The notes below the pieces were generated by a model. It was not told the origin of the DNA, made no database searches, and was given only the letters and a program-made list of their open reading frames with translations. A DNA stretch of 63,998 bases from Cercozoa sp. M6MM (Eukaryota > Protista > Endomyxa: Ascetosporea), in assembly GCA_040357565.1 (NCBI GenBank), contig JBDODJ010000006.1; one strand, written 5' to 3'. Shown one piece after another: positions 46,209 through 58,672 of this stretch. Position 1 is the stretch's first letter, and each line of letters begins with the position of its first letter. The position numbers were made by a program, and so were the translations under genes.

Positions 46209-47977
46209 TTACTGTTCATCGTGCACGCAGACGAGCTCATCAGTCGCCAGTTCCGGGGCCGAGTCGACGTTTCTCGGGTTCGAGTCGGGTTCGGGCCGGG
46301 CGGCGTCTGACGAACCTTGCCTATCCGGAGCAGGTGTAGTATCGATATCGTTGCTCGTGTCGTCAGAGTCACTGGCAACGACACGGCTGCCGAGTACGCA
46401 CTCTGTATCATCGTCTGCGAGCGGAGGCGGAACTGGCGTGTGCTCGCGTAGACTGGGTCGAGGGTCCCAGGTGTCGTCGTCGTCGTGTTCTGATGTGGCG
46501 TCATCTGGATACCTTTGGTACCCAGCACGCTCTCGGTGTGCTTGCGGCAAATACTGCTGGTAGAGGCTACACACACAACACGCACACATGATACAGTTTC
46601 TCGGTTGTTCGGGTGTAAAGGTAATACAAGGCAGCGCCGATCGCAGCGACAAAGAAGAGAAAGAACACGCCCAGCACCGAGGCCAGCACTGGCACTCCCA
46701 CCAACGACGACAGGACCGGGTATTTCTATCCGAGACATCAGTGGCAACTTAGGCAAGTATCATGACATAAACAAGTTCAGTCATACCAAGAGAAGTAGGC
46801 GCCACCAGGATGTGCGCAACTCAAATTGCGCTGATACTTCGGCAAACTCAATTGCTCCTTCTATAATACACACGTATATGTCTTTGTACGCAACTGAAAA
46901 TGGTCTTCATACCATGAAGTCGGCGTAACTGAATTCGCATTTGCTTCGCGCGTTCCCTCTTGGCATCGACGAATACAGGAAACGCCTCGACTGTCACTCT
47001 GCAACGATGCGGATAACAGAGGCACACATGGGACACTGAGGATGCATAGTACACTCGCTGACTCAGCGGGCGCACCAAGAAGTGATCCTGAAGCTGCAAC
47101 AGTCGCGGCCACGCCAACACTGCGTTTCGCAACCATCGAGTGACGGTGCTGTCTTGTGGAACCAGCATCTATGTCATACCATTAACATTGAAGAGGAAAG
47201 CACAAGAGCCAAGGTACCGTGCGAGTGACAGAGGCGACACTTCGGTGCTCACTCAGCATATCGACATCCACGGCCACTGCTCTGGCGTTGTCTGTTTGCA
47301 CAAGTTCAAGCTAGCTAGAGTTTATACACACGCACTACTGTTGCACAGAAAGCACTCTGTGTGGCACGAATGCCGTCGCCGTCGAAACGAAACACGAGCG
47401 AAACGGCGATGTTCTCGCCGGCGTCGAGTACGTTCCGTGCACTGCCGTAGTGCGACCACAAGTCTTCCTACGCCAAGCGCCAAGAGCGAATAAGCAGTGC
47501 TAGATGTTTGACACTACAAACACGTACCGGAACATTAACGGATTCAAGTCCACGCGGTGTCGTCAATCCCAACGTTGCAACAGGCTTTTGCTGGGCCAAG
47601 TCTGTACGCACAGGAAAACCGCGTTTAATCCTACAACTGACTCACACTGTGGCAGTACCGAATGAGACAAGCAAATCCGCTGCGAGCGATGGTGCCAGCA
47701 ACAAGTGGTAGGCTACAAAGTGTCTTGATACGGATAGCCCAACGACTTCAAAGGGACAGAGTGCCCAACGACTTCAAAGGGACAGAGAGCCAACGACTTC
47801 AAAGGGACAGAGAGAAGGGACAAGGTACACCAATAGAGCGAAGTAGCAACGAGGAAACACGCGGCGCATACCAATGACACAGCCGTCAACACGGCTACCA
47901 CCACAATAAGAGCATACCCGACCCGTCGGGCGACATGACCGTACTAAAGTCAAGAGATGAAAGAGACTCAAATCATG
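46209..47977 (-). CDS. Hypothetical multi-exon protein
   Basis: Exon-like segments between short GT-AG introns (NVLDAGENIAVSLVFRFDGDG; MLVPQDSTVTRWLRNAVLAWPRLLQLQDHF; acidic tail). Both ends uncertain. Confidence 0.4.
47737..47813. repeat. ~26-bp tandem repeat x3 (GCCCAACGACTTCAAAGGGACAGAG[T/A])
   Basis: Three head-to-tail near-identical copies with no spacers; appears to lie within a minus-strand intron. Confidence 0.9.
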
Positions 47978-48283
47978 CAAGGCCAGCTGTGGTTTGATAC
48001 CGCCTTCTCGAGATAGTCCAAGACAGAGGATTTCATAGCATCTATAGCACTATTGTAACTCAAATCTAAAAAAGTCACTCATTCTGGTGCTAACAAGGAC
48101 GTCGATTGTCCCAGTTTGTTTAAAAATATGACCATTTGTACGCGGTTTAAGCATCGCTGATGAAGAATCTCGCTTGAACGATTCTGTTCTCCACGAGCGT
48201 GCGAAATTAGAGAGCAAGCTTGCTTAATCAGTGCGACTTTAGTGCCAGACACACCAGGAAAGGTCTGTAGTTCTCGTCACTTG

Positions 48284-49368
48284 ATGTCGAAGCGTGGGAG
48301 ACCTGTCTCGATCACTCCTGGCAGCGCTGATCTCAACAGACTTGAGGCAGAACAGCCGGCACCGAAACGTCACATGACAGGCAGCGTCGCCGGCATCGAC
48401 AACAGCAACAGCAGTGTCTCGCCCAATCAGAGCGGTGTTGCGGTACATCTCTCTGCCTCTGCGCTCTCTAGCCTTGTGCTGTTCTTCCTACCTCTGCGAT
48501 GTGTCTAGATCGCAAGGTTCCGCTGCAGTGGTGCACTGCACGAAGTCTCATTGGCGCGTTTGCAGCGCTTCCCGCAGTCACGTTTGTGTGCACTGGCGCA
48601 GCGACACCTGGCGACATGTCCGGCGTCAGAAGTGCACTCGCGCGCGATCTGGGTCGACCGAGGTGCAGCCTTCCAGGTCGCCATGGACTTTGTGAGAAGT
48701 GACACCGGCCGTGTGGCACTGCCACCGGATGTGTCTAAGTCGCAGGCACTGATTGAACTACGCCACTGGGGTCTCCCGGTGCACGCCGACACTCTGATCG
48801 ATGACGATGCCGAGGAGGACGCCTTCTGGAAACGAGTGGCCAAAACGATCAAACGAAACGTTGGCAACGAAGTCTTGCGCAACGTTCTGCTTCTCAAGGT
48901 AGTCACAACTATCAGTTTGGTTCTTTGAATCACACCACGTGTTGTATTTGTTTGATTTTTGGTAGTGCTTTAAGCGTGATCCATCAGTCAAGTTCTTCTT
49001 TGAGGTTGAGAGCTCTATCAAAGGCGTCAAACCGTGCTGTCTCGATGCTGCGCACCTTGAGTGCCCCTACTGCGGCAAAAAGGTACCAACATCCGTACTG
49101 CTTCATTCACTCGCTCGTTAGACAGTACGTCTCCCGATGTGAGCAGGTTTATTATCACCAGAGTGATTCCGTGTGCCTGAGAAGGCGGCACCCGGGCAGA
49201 TGGGACGCGCGCGCCCAGCACTGGACTTGTTGCCGGGTAGAAGACATCAACTTGGTCGGCTGCACCGAACTGACGCACTACGAGGCGCTTTTCGCGCACC
49301 CTAACGGTTCGATGCTGCCACAGCACCCCTCTGAAGCGGGCGATGTGCCCGAGAACTTGAATCAATAA
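48284..49368 (+). CDS. BTB/POZ (KCTD/T1-type) protein with C-terminal Btk-type zinc motif
   Basis: IARFRCSGALHEVSLARLQRFPQSRL...IWVDRGAAFQVAMDFVR...ELRHWGL (BTB_2-like); HPGRWDARAQHWTCC...GC (Btk motif-like). Confidence 0.72.
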
Positions 49369-49649
49369 CTGAAACGAAAAATAAAACTGAAACGAACGAG
49401 CGTTCAGTCGAGCGGAGTTGCGTTGACCTGCGGTAGTACTGTACATCATACGATGATCGACAGCACAGTGCCACCATAACCGCACTAACAGTCTTAAAAA
49501 AGAACCAACTTTGAAAGTGCTGTTTCAATGGCTACAGTTTGGCATTAACATGACATGCACAGGACACGACGACACTAGCGTAAAAATACTGTAGCGTTTG
49601 CGTCGCCGACCGACGACGAAGGAAGCGAAATTGTCGTGCATTTAATTGT

Positions 49650-52380
49650 TTAGTACTTGCCTCCAGAGAAACCAGAGCCAAAGTTGCCATCAGCTGCACC
49701 AGTGCCTGTCGAAACGTCACCTTGCCCGCGACCTCCTACGTTCGACTGCTGTTCAAACCAAGTGGATGCCGTCGCCACAGGTGAGTTGTCACCTACACAA
49801 AACGACTCATACACGCCCACGGTTGGATCGCAAAACACGGCAAGTTACCAGAAAACTGTGTGTTCCACTGCTGTGGCGTGCGATCGAAAAAGCCGGACAC
49901 AAAGGCAGCCGGACCGCTGTTCTGCCGATAGTCGCTGCTGTAGCCATGTGCAGGATCCGCCTGTTGTTGCTGCTGTGGTTGAAGTGGCTGTATTGGTCGC
50001 TGTGGTTGCAGAGGCTGTTGTACTGTTGACTGCGTTGGTTGTTGTTGCTGCTGTGACTGGTACTGAGGTTGTGACAGTGTGTAGCCCTGCCCGTAAGCGT
50101 ACTGAGACTGCGGCTGGTACTGCAGCTGCACGTCGCCTTGCGAAAGTGCCGAGTGAGACTGTGAGTGTGACTGCGAGTGCGACCCGTGTGAATGAGCGCT
50201 GTCAAAGTCAAAGTGCGATGGCGTCTGAAAGTCAAAGGACGTGTGCGCAAACAGAGACTCGAACGGCGGCGGTGTGTCCTCCTTCTTTTGGTACTGCGCA
50301 AACAGTGGCTCGTATTGCACCGATGACACCTCTTGCTGTTGTTGTTGGTGTTGTTGTTGCTGCAGCAGGCCTGAATCCGACTGCTGCGGTTTCGGCGATG
50401 ACGGCGGCGTCTCGGTGCGAAAGGCGCTGCATCGCTGTGCTCGTGTCACTCTGCGTCCAACACAGATACACAAACATGCAGTCATATTAAAATATACAGA
50501 TACAGACTCGTGTACAAGCGTCGGCGTAGCTCCTCTTCGACATCAGCAGGCGGCCGCGACGGATAACGATCGCACCACAGCGTCGCTTCGGTTGTTGGCA
50601 TCTTCAACAACACCGCACTCTCGCTCGCATACTCATCGTTCTGGTACTGTAACTGAGACACCCCGTATGACTGCACCAATGCTATTTAGACACAAGGGGT
50701 ACCAGTGTGGTGGCGCACAGCTTCTGTATTCGATCTCTCTCTGATACTTTCTGCGCACTCAACTTTGTCTATCAGCCGAATAGTTGTGGTAAGTGACTGT
50801 ACAGTGGTAAGCGGTAACGACAGGTATCGCCACTGTGTCGCGTCCATTCCGTCGTCGACATCGTCTTCTGCATTAACATTCGGCTTGGTACGACACAGAT
50901 ATTCACAAACAGTACCCGAATCTGGAGGCAGATTTTGTCGCTCTCGCCTCCTGTCGCGCAGGTGCTTTCGCATTCTCCTCATCTAGGTACCAGCGCGTGT
51001 ACATGTGTACATATGAATACATACATACATATAACCAATTGTACCGCAACGTAGCCAATCGGAATCTGTCGAATGTCACCGCAAGTTTTCACAACACGAT
51101 CCACGATCGCCAGTCGCGTGTGTCGCCTCTCCTCCACCTGTGTGAAGACACTCCAGCAACAAGACGCACAGGACAGTGGACCACCAGAGTGCAGAAGTAC
51201 CGCATTGGCCACAAGTAGATGCCGTCCAAGCACATCCAACACATCCAGCAAGGCGTCCGAGACTGCGGCGATCTGAGCTCTATACAGGCATCATACAACA
51301 AACAAAGGCAAAGGTCACAAACAAGAGGGGAGGCACCGATTGACGTCAAACTGTGTCCACCAGGCCACAAGTGGTGTCTTCTCGCCCAACGTGACGTTTC
51401 GCGCAGCAGCAGCGACGTTGAGTGCGCCAGCAGCGACGGCGTGCGCCGGCAGCAGCAGCGAGACGTCGGTGCACATGGCGTCGCCGGCCAGTGTCCAGGC
51501 GAGTTGGCCCAGCGCTCGATCGACGCCAAGACTCGCGCACATCTTTAGTACAAACTACAGGCAGCAGATGTATCAGAACTGAGCAGCTCAGATGACAGGA
51601 AGAAACACACATTGGCAGGCACGAGTGCGTCAGTGTGAAAGTCGAACGTCAGCAACAAGCGGCGTTCCATCTGGAGCACTCGTTGGCGCAGTGCAAAGTA
51701 GTTGCTCTGTGCCGTCACATCCAGCACCGTATCTACAGAGACAAAAACGTGTTATACAGAAGCACACATGTCATGCACTTGAACACCTGAACGCACCAAA
51801 GCCGACGTCGACGGCGTGACACGCGTTGAGAATGTCGCGAATGCGCCGATCGTCCTCGTCGCCGCCTTTGGTCGCCAGCACGACGCATCCGATGGCACAG
51901 ATGCGCGCATCGAATGTGTTCAGCGCCGTAACCTATCAGCACAGTACCAATAAACAGTTACAGACGGACACACACACACATACATACACAGACACAGACA
52001 CAGACACTGTACCTGCAGAAAGTGCGCAAAGTAGAACTGCGCGATCTGCGTGGTCTGTGGGCGTAGCTGCAGGATCTCCGAGGCCAATCGGATGTATCTA
52101 CGGTCACAGTGTGTATCTGATACAAGTGCAAACAACAAAAACAAACACACCTGCACCACCTCAGTCTCTGCCAAGCCTCGGTGGCTAGCGAGATACCTGC
52201 ACGGCGACTGGCACTTTCGTACTGCAGCTGCGGCCACGTATACAGCTGCCATAGCGGCACCTCGTCCTCACCTATGCAGACAGAGATAGAACCAAGAAGC
52301 ATCCATAGCTTTAGTGTACCTGGAGCGAGCGGCCTCGTACAAAGACGCGATATGAGCTCTTGTTGAGCACGTGAAGTCAT
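49650..52380 (-). CDS. Transcriptional cyclin (cyclin L/K/T-like) with Q/S/H/Y-rich C-terminal tail
   Basis: YIRLASEILQLRPQTTQIAQFYF, GCVVLATK, YFALRQRVLQMERRLLLTFDF, AWTLAGDAMCT, AHAVAAGAL, WWTQFD: cyclin-box helices. Confidence 0.8.
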
Positions 52381-52678
52381 CGCTCACTGTTGATCAAAGA
52401 TTGGCTTTTTGTCGCCTACGGCCCCTGACGGCCGTCTGGCACTCGAATACAACTTAACAGGTAGTAGCACGTCCCCACACTCTGCCACAAAAGCTGCCGG
52501 GTTGCCCGTATTCATGCCTGCACCCTTAACTGTTTCTTGTGACAGAGTTTTGAGCTCTCCTACGACGCAGGGCGACTCGAGTGTGTGGGGATCTTTCCTT
52601 TGTATCACTTGGCTTGCGTTCGGTGAGGTTTGTGCGACTCAATAGCCCTTGGGCGGGGGTGGGTGCCAACGGCTGCGC

Positions 52679-55162
52679 ATGCGATCGAGTCGTGACCCCT
52701 GTCTTCCCTTGAGGATCACAAGAAAGCGCGCCGTGAAGGAGTCCTCGTTGGCATCTTTAGCTCCTCCAGCAAAGTAAGCGCGTTTTCTAGAAACCCGTCC
52801 GCTGGGATGAGTTGATTTGACCTGTTATTGCAACGTTTTCTTTGGAGGGCAGGGTTCGAGTCCGTGGTGCGACGCCAAGCCTGGCCCAAAGCCGGCGCAC
52901 TGTGATGCCATCGTCGCTGCATGGACTGCCAACGCCACAGTCGAAAAAGAAGCGTCGCACACGCCGAGGCGGCAGGAAGAAACGTGCGGCCAGTGCATCG
53001 GTGTCAGCGGCTGCTGGAATAACGCGAGCTGCCAGTGTCAGTGCAGTCGGGAGCTTTGCTGACGAAGAAGAGCGACCGCCCGTGCCCACACGAACGGTGT
53101 CGAGTCATGCCGCTCGTCGCACTGCTCAGCGAAAGCAGCGCGGGCAGAAGCGCATCGCTAATCTCTCCTTGCTGCGCTTGAAAACGGAACGTTCGCGACC
53201 GGAACTTCGTGTGTTTGTCTCCCTGTACTTGCTTTGTTTTGTTTGTTCTTGCTCTGTTCCCGCTTTGTTCTTGCTTGTTCTGCTTTGTTCTTGCTTTGCT
53301 CTTGCCTGGTTTTTGTATCTCTTGCTGTGTAGGTCTGCCTCAACTAAACAGGTCGAGGATGCCGTTAACACAGAGTACAACTTATCTTTGCCTGCTCTAT
53401 GGGGGTCTAAGGTGAATGTGCGCGTAGCAATGCCGCACAACCGCGACGTGGCCGAGATTGACCGCACGGTGTCCGATATAACGCAGACACTCGGTGTCGA
53501 CTCGTTGCTATCGGCCTCGTTTCAGGAGCACTCCCAGTACGTTGTGTGCCTGTTGCAAAAACACTGTCGTGGCTGCCTGTGACATTATCTTCCTGCGCAC
53601 AGGTTCGCCAATCGTTCGTTGATGATGTTGGTATTCTTTGTTCTTGCGTGGCCATGTTGCTTTTGTGCCATGTTCATCTCACTTTTTCAGAGACAACGAC
53701 GAATTCAACTGACCACGCTGAATCGGTCAGACATGAAAGCGACACTGGTATTTTGTGCTCCTTCCTTTGCTTGTTGTACATGTTGATCGTCGAGATGGTA
53801 GTCATCCTCCGACTCGGCCAAACGACGCGAACTGGACGAGCGCATGAAGCAACTGACGCTGTCGCGCGAGGAGGCGAGCCGGAGGAAAGCGGCGCAGCGA
53901 CAACGCGTGTCGCCCAAACTGCAGAGCAAGATCGCGCCGCTGTCCGAGGCCGACAGTGCCGCCGAGCAGCGTGCGTTGTCCTCGGCAGGTCCCATCGTGA
54001 CCAAGTTCAACATCGCCATCCTGCCGGAGCACATGCAGCGACTGTGTCCGGGCCAGTGGCTCAACGACGAGCTCGTCAACTTCTGTATCCTTGTCTTGTG
54101 TGTTTCTGTCATGCATATTAAATATAATGTGTACTTGTGTGTGCAGACATGTCGATGATTAACGAACGAAGCAACGCCTTCAAGTGGACGAGCGGCAAGA
54201 CCAAACCAGAAATCAGTGCGTTCTTTTCCATGCCCTGTGACTGATACATTGGTGGAGTTTACGCCATGCTGTAGCCAGGAAAGACGGCATCAAAGTCTTT
54301 GCCTGGTCATCGTTTTTCTACGAGCGCCTGTCGCGGTATCTCAAAGTGGTCAACGCAAGCGTCGTGACTGATTGATGTCCCTGTCTGTGCTAGAAACGGC
54401 TACACCTTCAAAAACGTGGCACGTTGGACGAAAAAGCAACACGTCGACGTCTTTGCATTGTGCGTTGTGTGTCTTTTGTCCTTGGCATTGATACTGTTAA
54501 TCTTTGTGTGTTGTGTGCGCAGAGACCTGATGATAGTGCCGATCAACAGAAGCAACGTCCACTGTAGCTTTAGTTCTTTTGTGCCGTGTTGTTCTCGCGT
54601 CACCTTTTTGTGTGTTGGAACAAAGGGACAATGGCGACCGTCGACTTCCGCGACAAGACTGTACGATATTACGACTCGATGCACAACGACGGCGCCGACG
54701 TTCGAGAAAACTTGCTGTCATTCGTGTGTTTCGCTTTATAAAATTCCTTTGTTTTTTTTTTTTGCTTTGTCGATTGCACGCTTTGTGCAGTTGCAAGATG
54801 AGTTCGTCAACACCAGAAGGCCACATCGTTGCGAAGAACTCGGCGTCGCAGAGATACCTTTCGATCGCTCCGAATGGACGACCGAGGCAGCGAAGTGTCC
54901 CAAGCAATCCAACGGTTTTGACTGCGGTACTTGCCTTTATCGGAACCACTTCTCTCTTCACATTGCTTGCATTGTAGGCATGTTTGTCTGTAAATTTGCC
55001 GACTTCTTGAGCGACGAGTTGCCTGTATTTCTTTTTTTTTTTTTGTTTTTTGTTTCATTGGAACGAAACTGTCTTTTTGTGCAGGTCGAGGAGGTCACAC
55101 AAGAGCGCATGACCTACTTCCGCAAACGAGCCTATGCTGAAATCGAGCGTGGCTGTCTGTAA
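52679..55162 (+). CDS. SUMO protease (Ulp1/SENP1-like, peptidase C48)
   Basis: WLNDELVNFY, SSFFYERL, VARWTKK, IVPINRSNVHW, YYDSM, PKQSNGFDCGMFVC; catalytic His/Asp/Cys and the oxyanion Gln are present. Confidence 0.93.
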
Positions 55163-55640
55163 ATTAGCTACTCATGTCTACCGACAGCCCAGCATCCCGG
55201 CGTGGGCCGGTTTGGCCGACACCCATATCGATCGATCGGCGATCGCAAGCATCGCCTTGCGACCTTTTGCGTGGCTTAAGCAAGTTCTCAGTTTGTGACA
55301 ATCACACTGTCCCAACTGTTTCCCTCATCTCGCACTTGAAGCATGGAAATATAGAAAATAATACTCGAACGAAACAAATTCCAAAAAACTCAAGTGTGCA
55401 AGACAATTCTGTACTGCACACGAGCAGCCCAGGCCGAGTGCCCAGGTGGGTGTGACTGAATTGTGAAGTAGCATACATTCGAGCTAGCGCCCATAGGTTC
55501 CGCCATTTCTTTGGACGGGATTGTGCTCCTAGAGCGGATTGTGCGAATAGCAGGTGTGGCCCGATCGCGTTGAGTGGTGATCCTCGTGCCTAGGCGAGGC
55601 GAATTGCGTGTTTACAGAAGGACGAATAGGACGAGTCATC

Positions 55641-56310
55641 ATGGTGCCTATAATTTTGCTGTTGCCAGCTTATCCGGCGGCACATGTTGCGAATTTGTGT
55701 TTTTGCAGGGTGCGCTGTTGAGCTGGCTCAACAGCTTCTGGGAGCAGGAGATGGAGATTGCAGTGCTCGGCATCGAGGGTGCCGGCAAGTCGACGTTCGT
55801 GCAATTACTGCAAACGGGCGATTACGATCCGGGCATGATTCCGACCGTGGGTTTCAACATGTACAAAGTCACCAAGGGCCGAGTACAGATCAAGGTCTGG
55901 GACTTGGGTGGCCAAAAACGCTTCCGCTCCATGTGGGAGCGCTACTGCCGCTGCGTTGACTCGATCGTCTTCATGGTTGATAGCTGCCAGCCAGGTAGGT
56001 CGTGTCTTGTGCTGACGTGCTAGGTGTATGCGTGACTAACAACAAAACCAACTAACGTTGTGTAGACCTGCTGGAGGCAGCCAAGGAGGAGTTGCACGCA
56101 CTGATGCAGCGACGGTCGCTTGAGGGCATTCCGCTGCTCGTGCTGGCCAACAAGAACGACAAGAACGAGGCACTGGCCGTCGAGGAGATTGTCGACATGC
56201 TCGACCTGCGCAGCATCGACAACCGCGAGGTCACATACTACTCGATCTCGTGCAAGGACAAGGTCAACATCGACGTCACTGTCGACTGGCTCATCAAGCA
56301 CTCCAAGTAG
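55641..56310 (+). CDS. ARL8: ARF-like GTPase 8
   Basis: M|[77 protein letters not shown]; first intron directly after ATG. Confidence 0.95.
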
Positions 56311-56549
56311 GCGCAGAGCGACCGACGATATTCCGTTATGTTCGATTCGATCGTGATCGATCCGATTTCGTTTGCGTTGAATTGGCCGGCGGTTAATTGG
56401 TTTTAAATGCTAGCTTATGGGGTTAGTACGGTACTAATTGTAAGGTCCTCTGTACGTACACCGCGAGACTTAAGTAAAAGAAACATAACGGAAAGCAGAA
56501 ACGAAACGGCGCTCAGGCTCAGCTTGCGAGAAAACAACGAACGGACCGA

Positions 56550-58438
56550 TTAACGGTTGTAGTACAAGGCGTAGTCGTCCTCGCACTCATCGCCGAGATA
56601 GGCAGCATCGTCGTCGTCCTCGTCAGCGTCGTGCGGGTCGTACGCGTGTGCACCTGCCCGACCGAACCTCTGCGAAACATGGCATTGTGTCATTTAACCA
56701 TATGTAGAGAAAAAGACATGACGGACCTGGAAGCGACCATGCGACGCCTGACCGTAGTCGTGACCGTAGCCAAAGTATTCTCTGGCACTTGATGGCAATT
56801 GCATCCGTGCTGTATCACAGCAAGAATGAGAGACATTCACAAGGTAGACTTACACAGATACAGAGATGGTACAGTGTTCTTCATCCTCGTCGAGACACGC
56901 CAATGGATCGTCATCGACAAAGCGACCGAAGTCCTCGTCATTCCCCAAGAAATCTTCCTCGTCAACGCCGCCGTACTCGTAACTGTCCTGATCAGCGCCT
57001 TTGAAAACAGAGGGGTTAAAGACGTGTCACTCAAACAAAATTCGCAACTACGGTTCGAGTCTTCAGAGTCGACGTCGCTCACTTCGCCAAACTCGTGGTC
57101 GTACCTGAGTGGGCTACCCAAAACAAGTCAACCCCGAAGTAAACACAAACCTAAAGCAACACGGATAGTACCTCAACTCTTGCAAATCCAAAGTCGGCTT
57201 GTCCAACTGCAAAACTCGCGTGCCAGGTGCTTGTACCGTCGCATCAGTCCTGGTGTTGGTGCTGAGAGTTGCCGCGGCATCCAGCACGTAGTAGTCGTAC
57301 ACGTGCTCATCATCCTCCATGTCGTCGCTCTTCATGTCTTGGAGCGACACGCCTGATGCAAAAAATCCGTAGATACAGTACTCCCATGTTTTAAAGTAGC
57401 ATACGCTGTCGGTCTTTCACCACGTCCAGCACACGGTACAGCTTCTGTTGTATATCAGTTCACATGCACAAGGTTGAATACCCAAGAATCGAAGGAATCT
57501 ACCGAAACTAATTTTGCGTCCTCGCGCTCGTCAACGTCCGAGTCAGTGCTGACGGCGTCTTCAAACGCATCGGCGTCTCGGAAGGCCACTCTGTAACAAA
57601 CGCGTCCATCAACTGCATAGACACCTTGTGAAACGAAAGTTACGATCCGCCCATCGAGACTGGCAGTTTTTGATTTAACGCCGACTTTGACTTGCGAGTT
57701 TTCGTCGTTTTTGAAGTTGGTCTGGGCACCGGCTTCACGTCAGGAATGGCGTCCCAGTCCAGAGTCTGTTGCAAACATCATATTGCTGCTGAAGTCAGGG
57801 TTTGTTGAAGGGTACACTCTCACGTTGTTTCTGCATTTTATCTCGCCGCCGAAGCTCGCGTCTATTCTCAAACTACGCCAACAAATATGTCAAGCACCAG
57901 AGAACACCGACACAAAAAACCATCTCTCGTCGACGCTGACTGTGCATCAATCGCATCTTTTCGATTCGACGCGTGACGGAACTGCACAGATAGAAATAAT
58001 GTCGTTTAAACAGGAAACAAGCAGTGCTGCGTTAGAAAAGTAAAGTACCTGGATCCATGCTCTCGGTCATACGACGCGGCCAGTCGCAGAACGACACGCT
58101 CTTTCTCGACAGATTTTTCTTCCACCAGTTTTGGGCTTTCGGGAGCCTTTTTCTCTGAGCAAGATAAAAACTCGAACAAAACCTTAAAGAAGCAGAATTT
58201 TTGATGCTACCAACTTTGATCGGCTCAACCGACAGCTTGGCGAGGCTTTCGTGGAGTTGCTTGGTCTGTAATAGCCACAGTATCACAACGGCGAAGAAAC
58301 TCGAATAAAATATTGACTAGTGAGACATACATGTCGCCGCTTGCTCACAGGTTGCTCAAACGTTAACTCAGGCGCTGCTTCTTCACCACGGCGGCGTTTT
58401 ACGCGCAGAATCGTAGGCCGCTCCTCAGGGGCCGACAT
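56550..58438 (-). CDS. IWR1/SLC7A6OS-like RNA polymerase II nuclear import factor
   Basis: N-terminal PTILRVKRRRGEE; DDEHVYDYYVL; DVDSEDSN followed by an acidic tail. The motif order matches the family. Confidence 0.72.
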
Positions 58439-58672
58439 CTCCACTCGGTCCACAACCAACACTCCTCGCTCTGAGGGACACTTGTGACACTAACGGCGTT
58501 CTCCGCACTTTCGCTGTCAAAATATGTCCCACCACACACTCCTGCGCACACCTAGCGCCTCATTGCCGACAGAAAATAACAGAATTTTATGAGGCTGAAG
58601 ATGATAATTTACGAATTCCATCAAACAAATAACCAGCGCAACCAAAAAAAAAGTGCCGGAGTGTGTCCTAAA

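Noticed and set aside
47737-47813. CRISPR-like direct repeats
   Set aside because: The copies are contiguous with no unique spacers, there are no cas genes, and the context is a eukaryotic intron.
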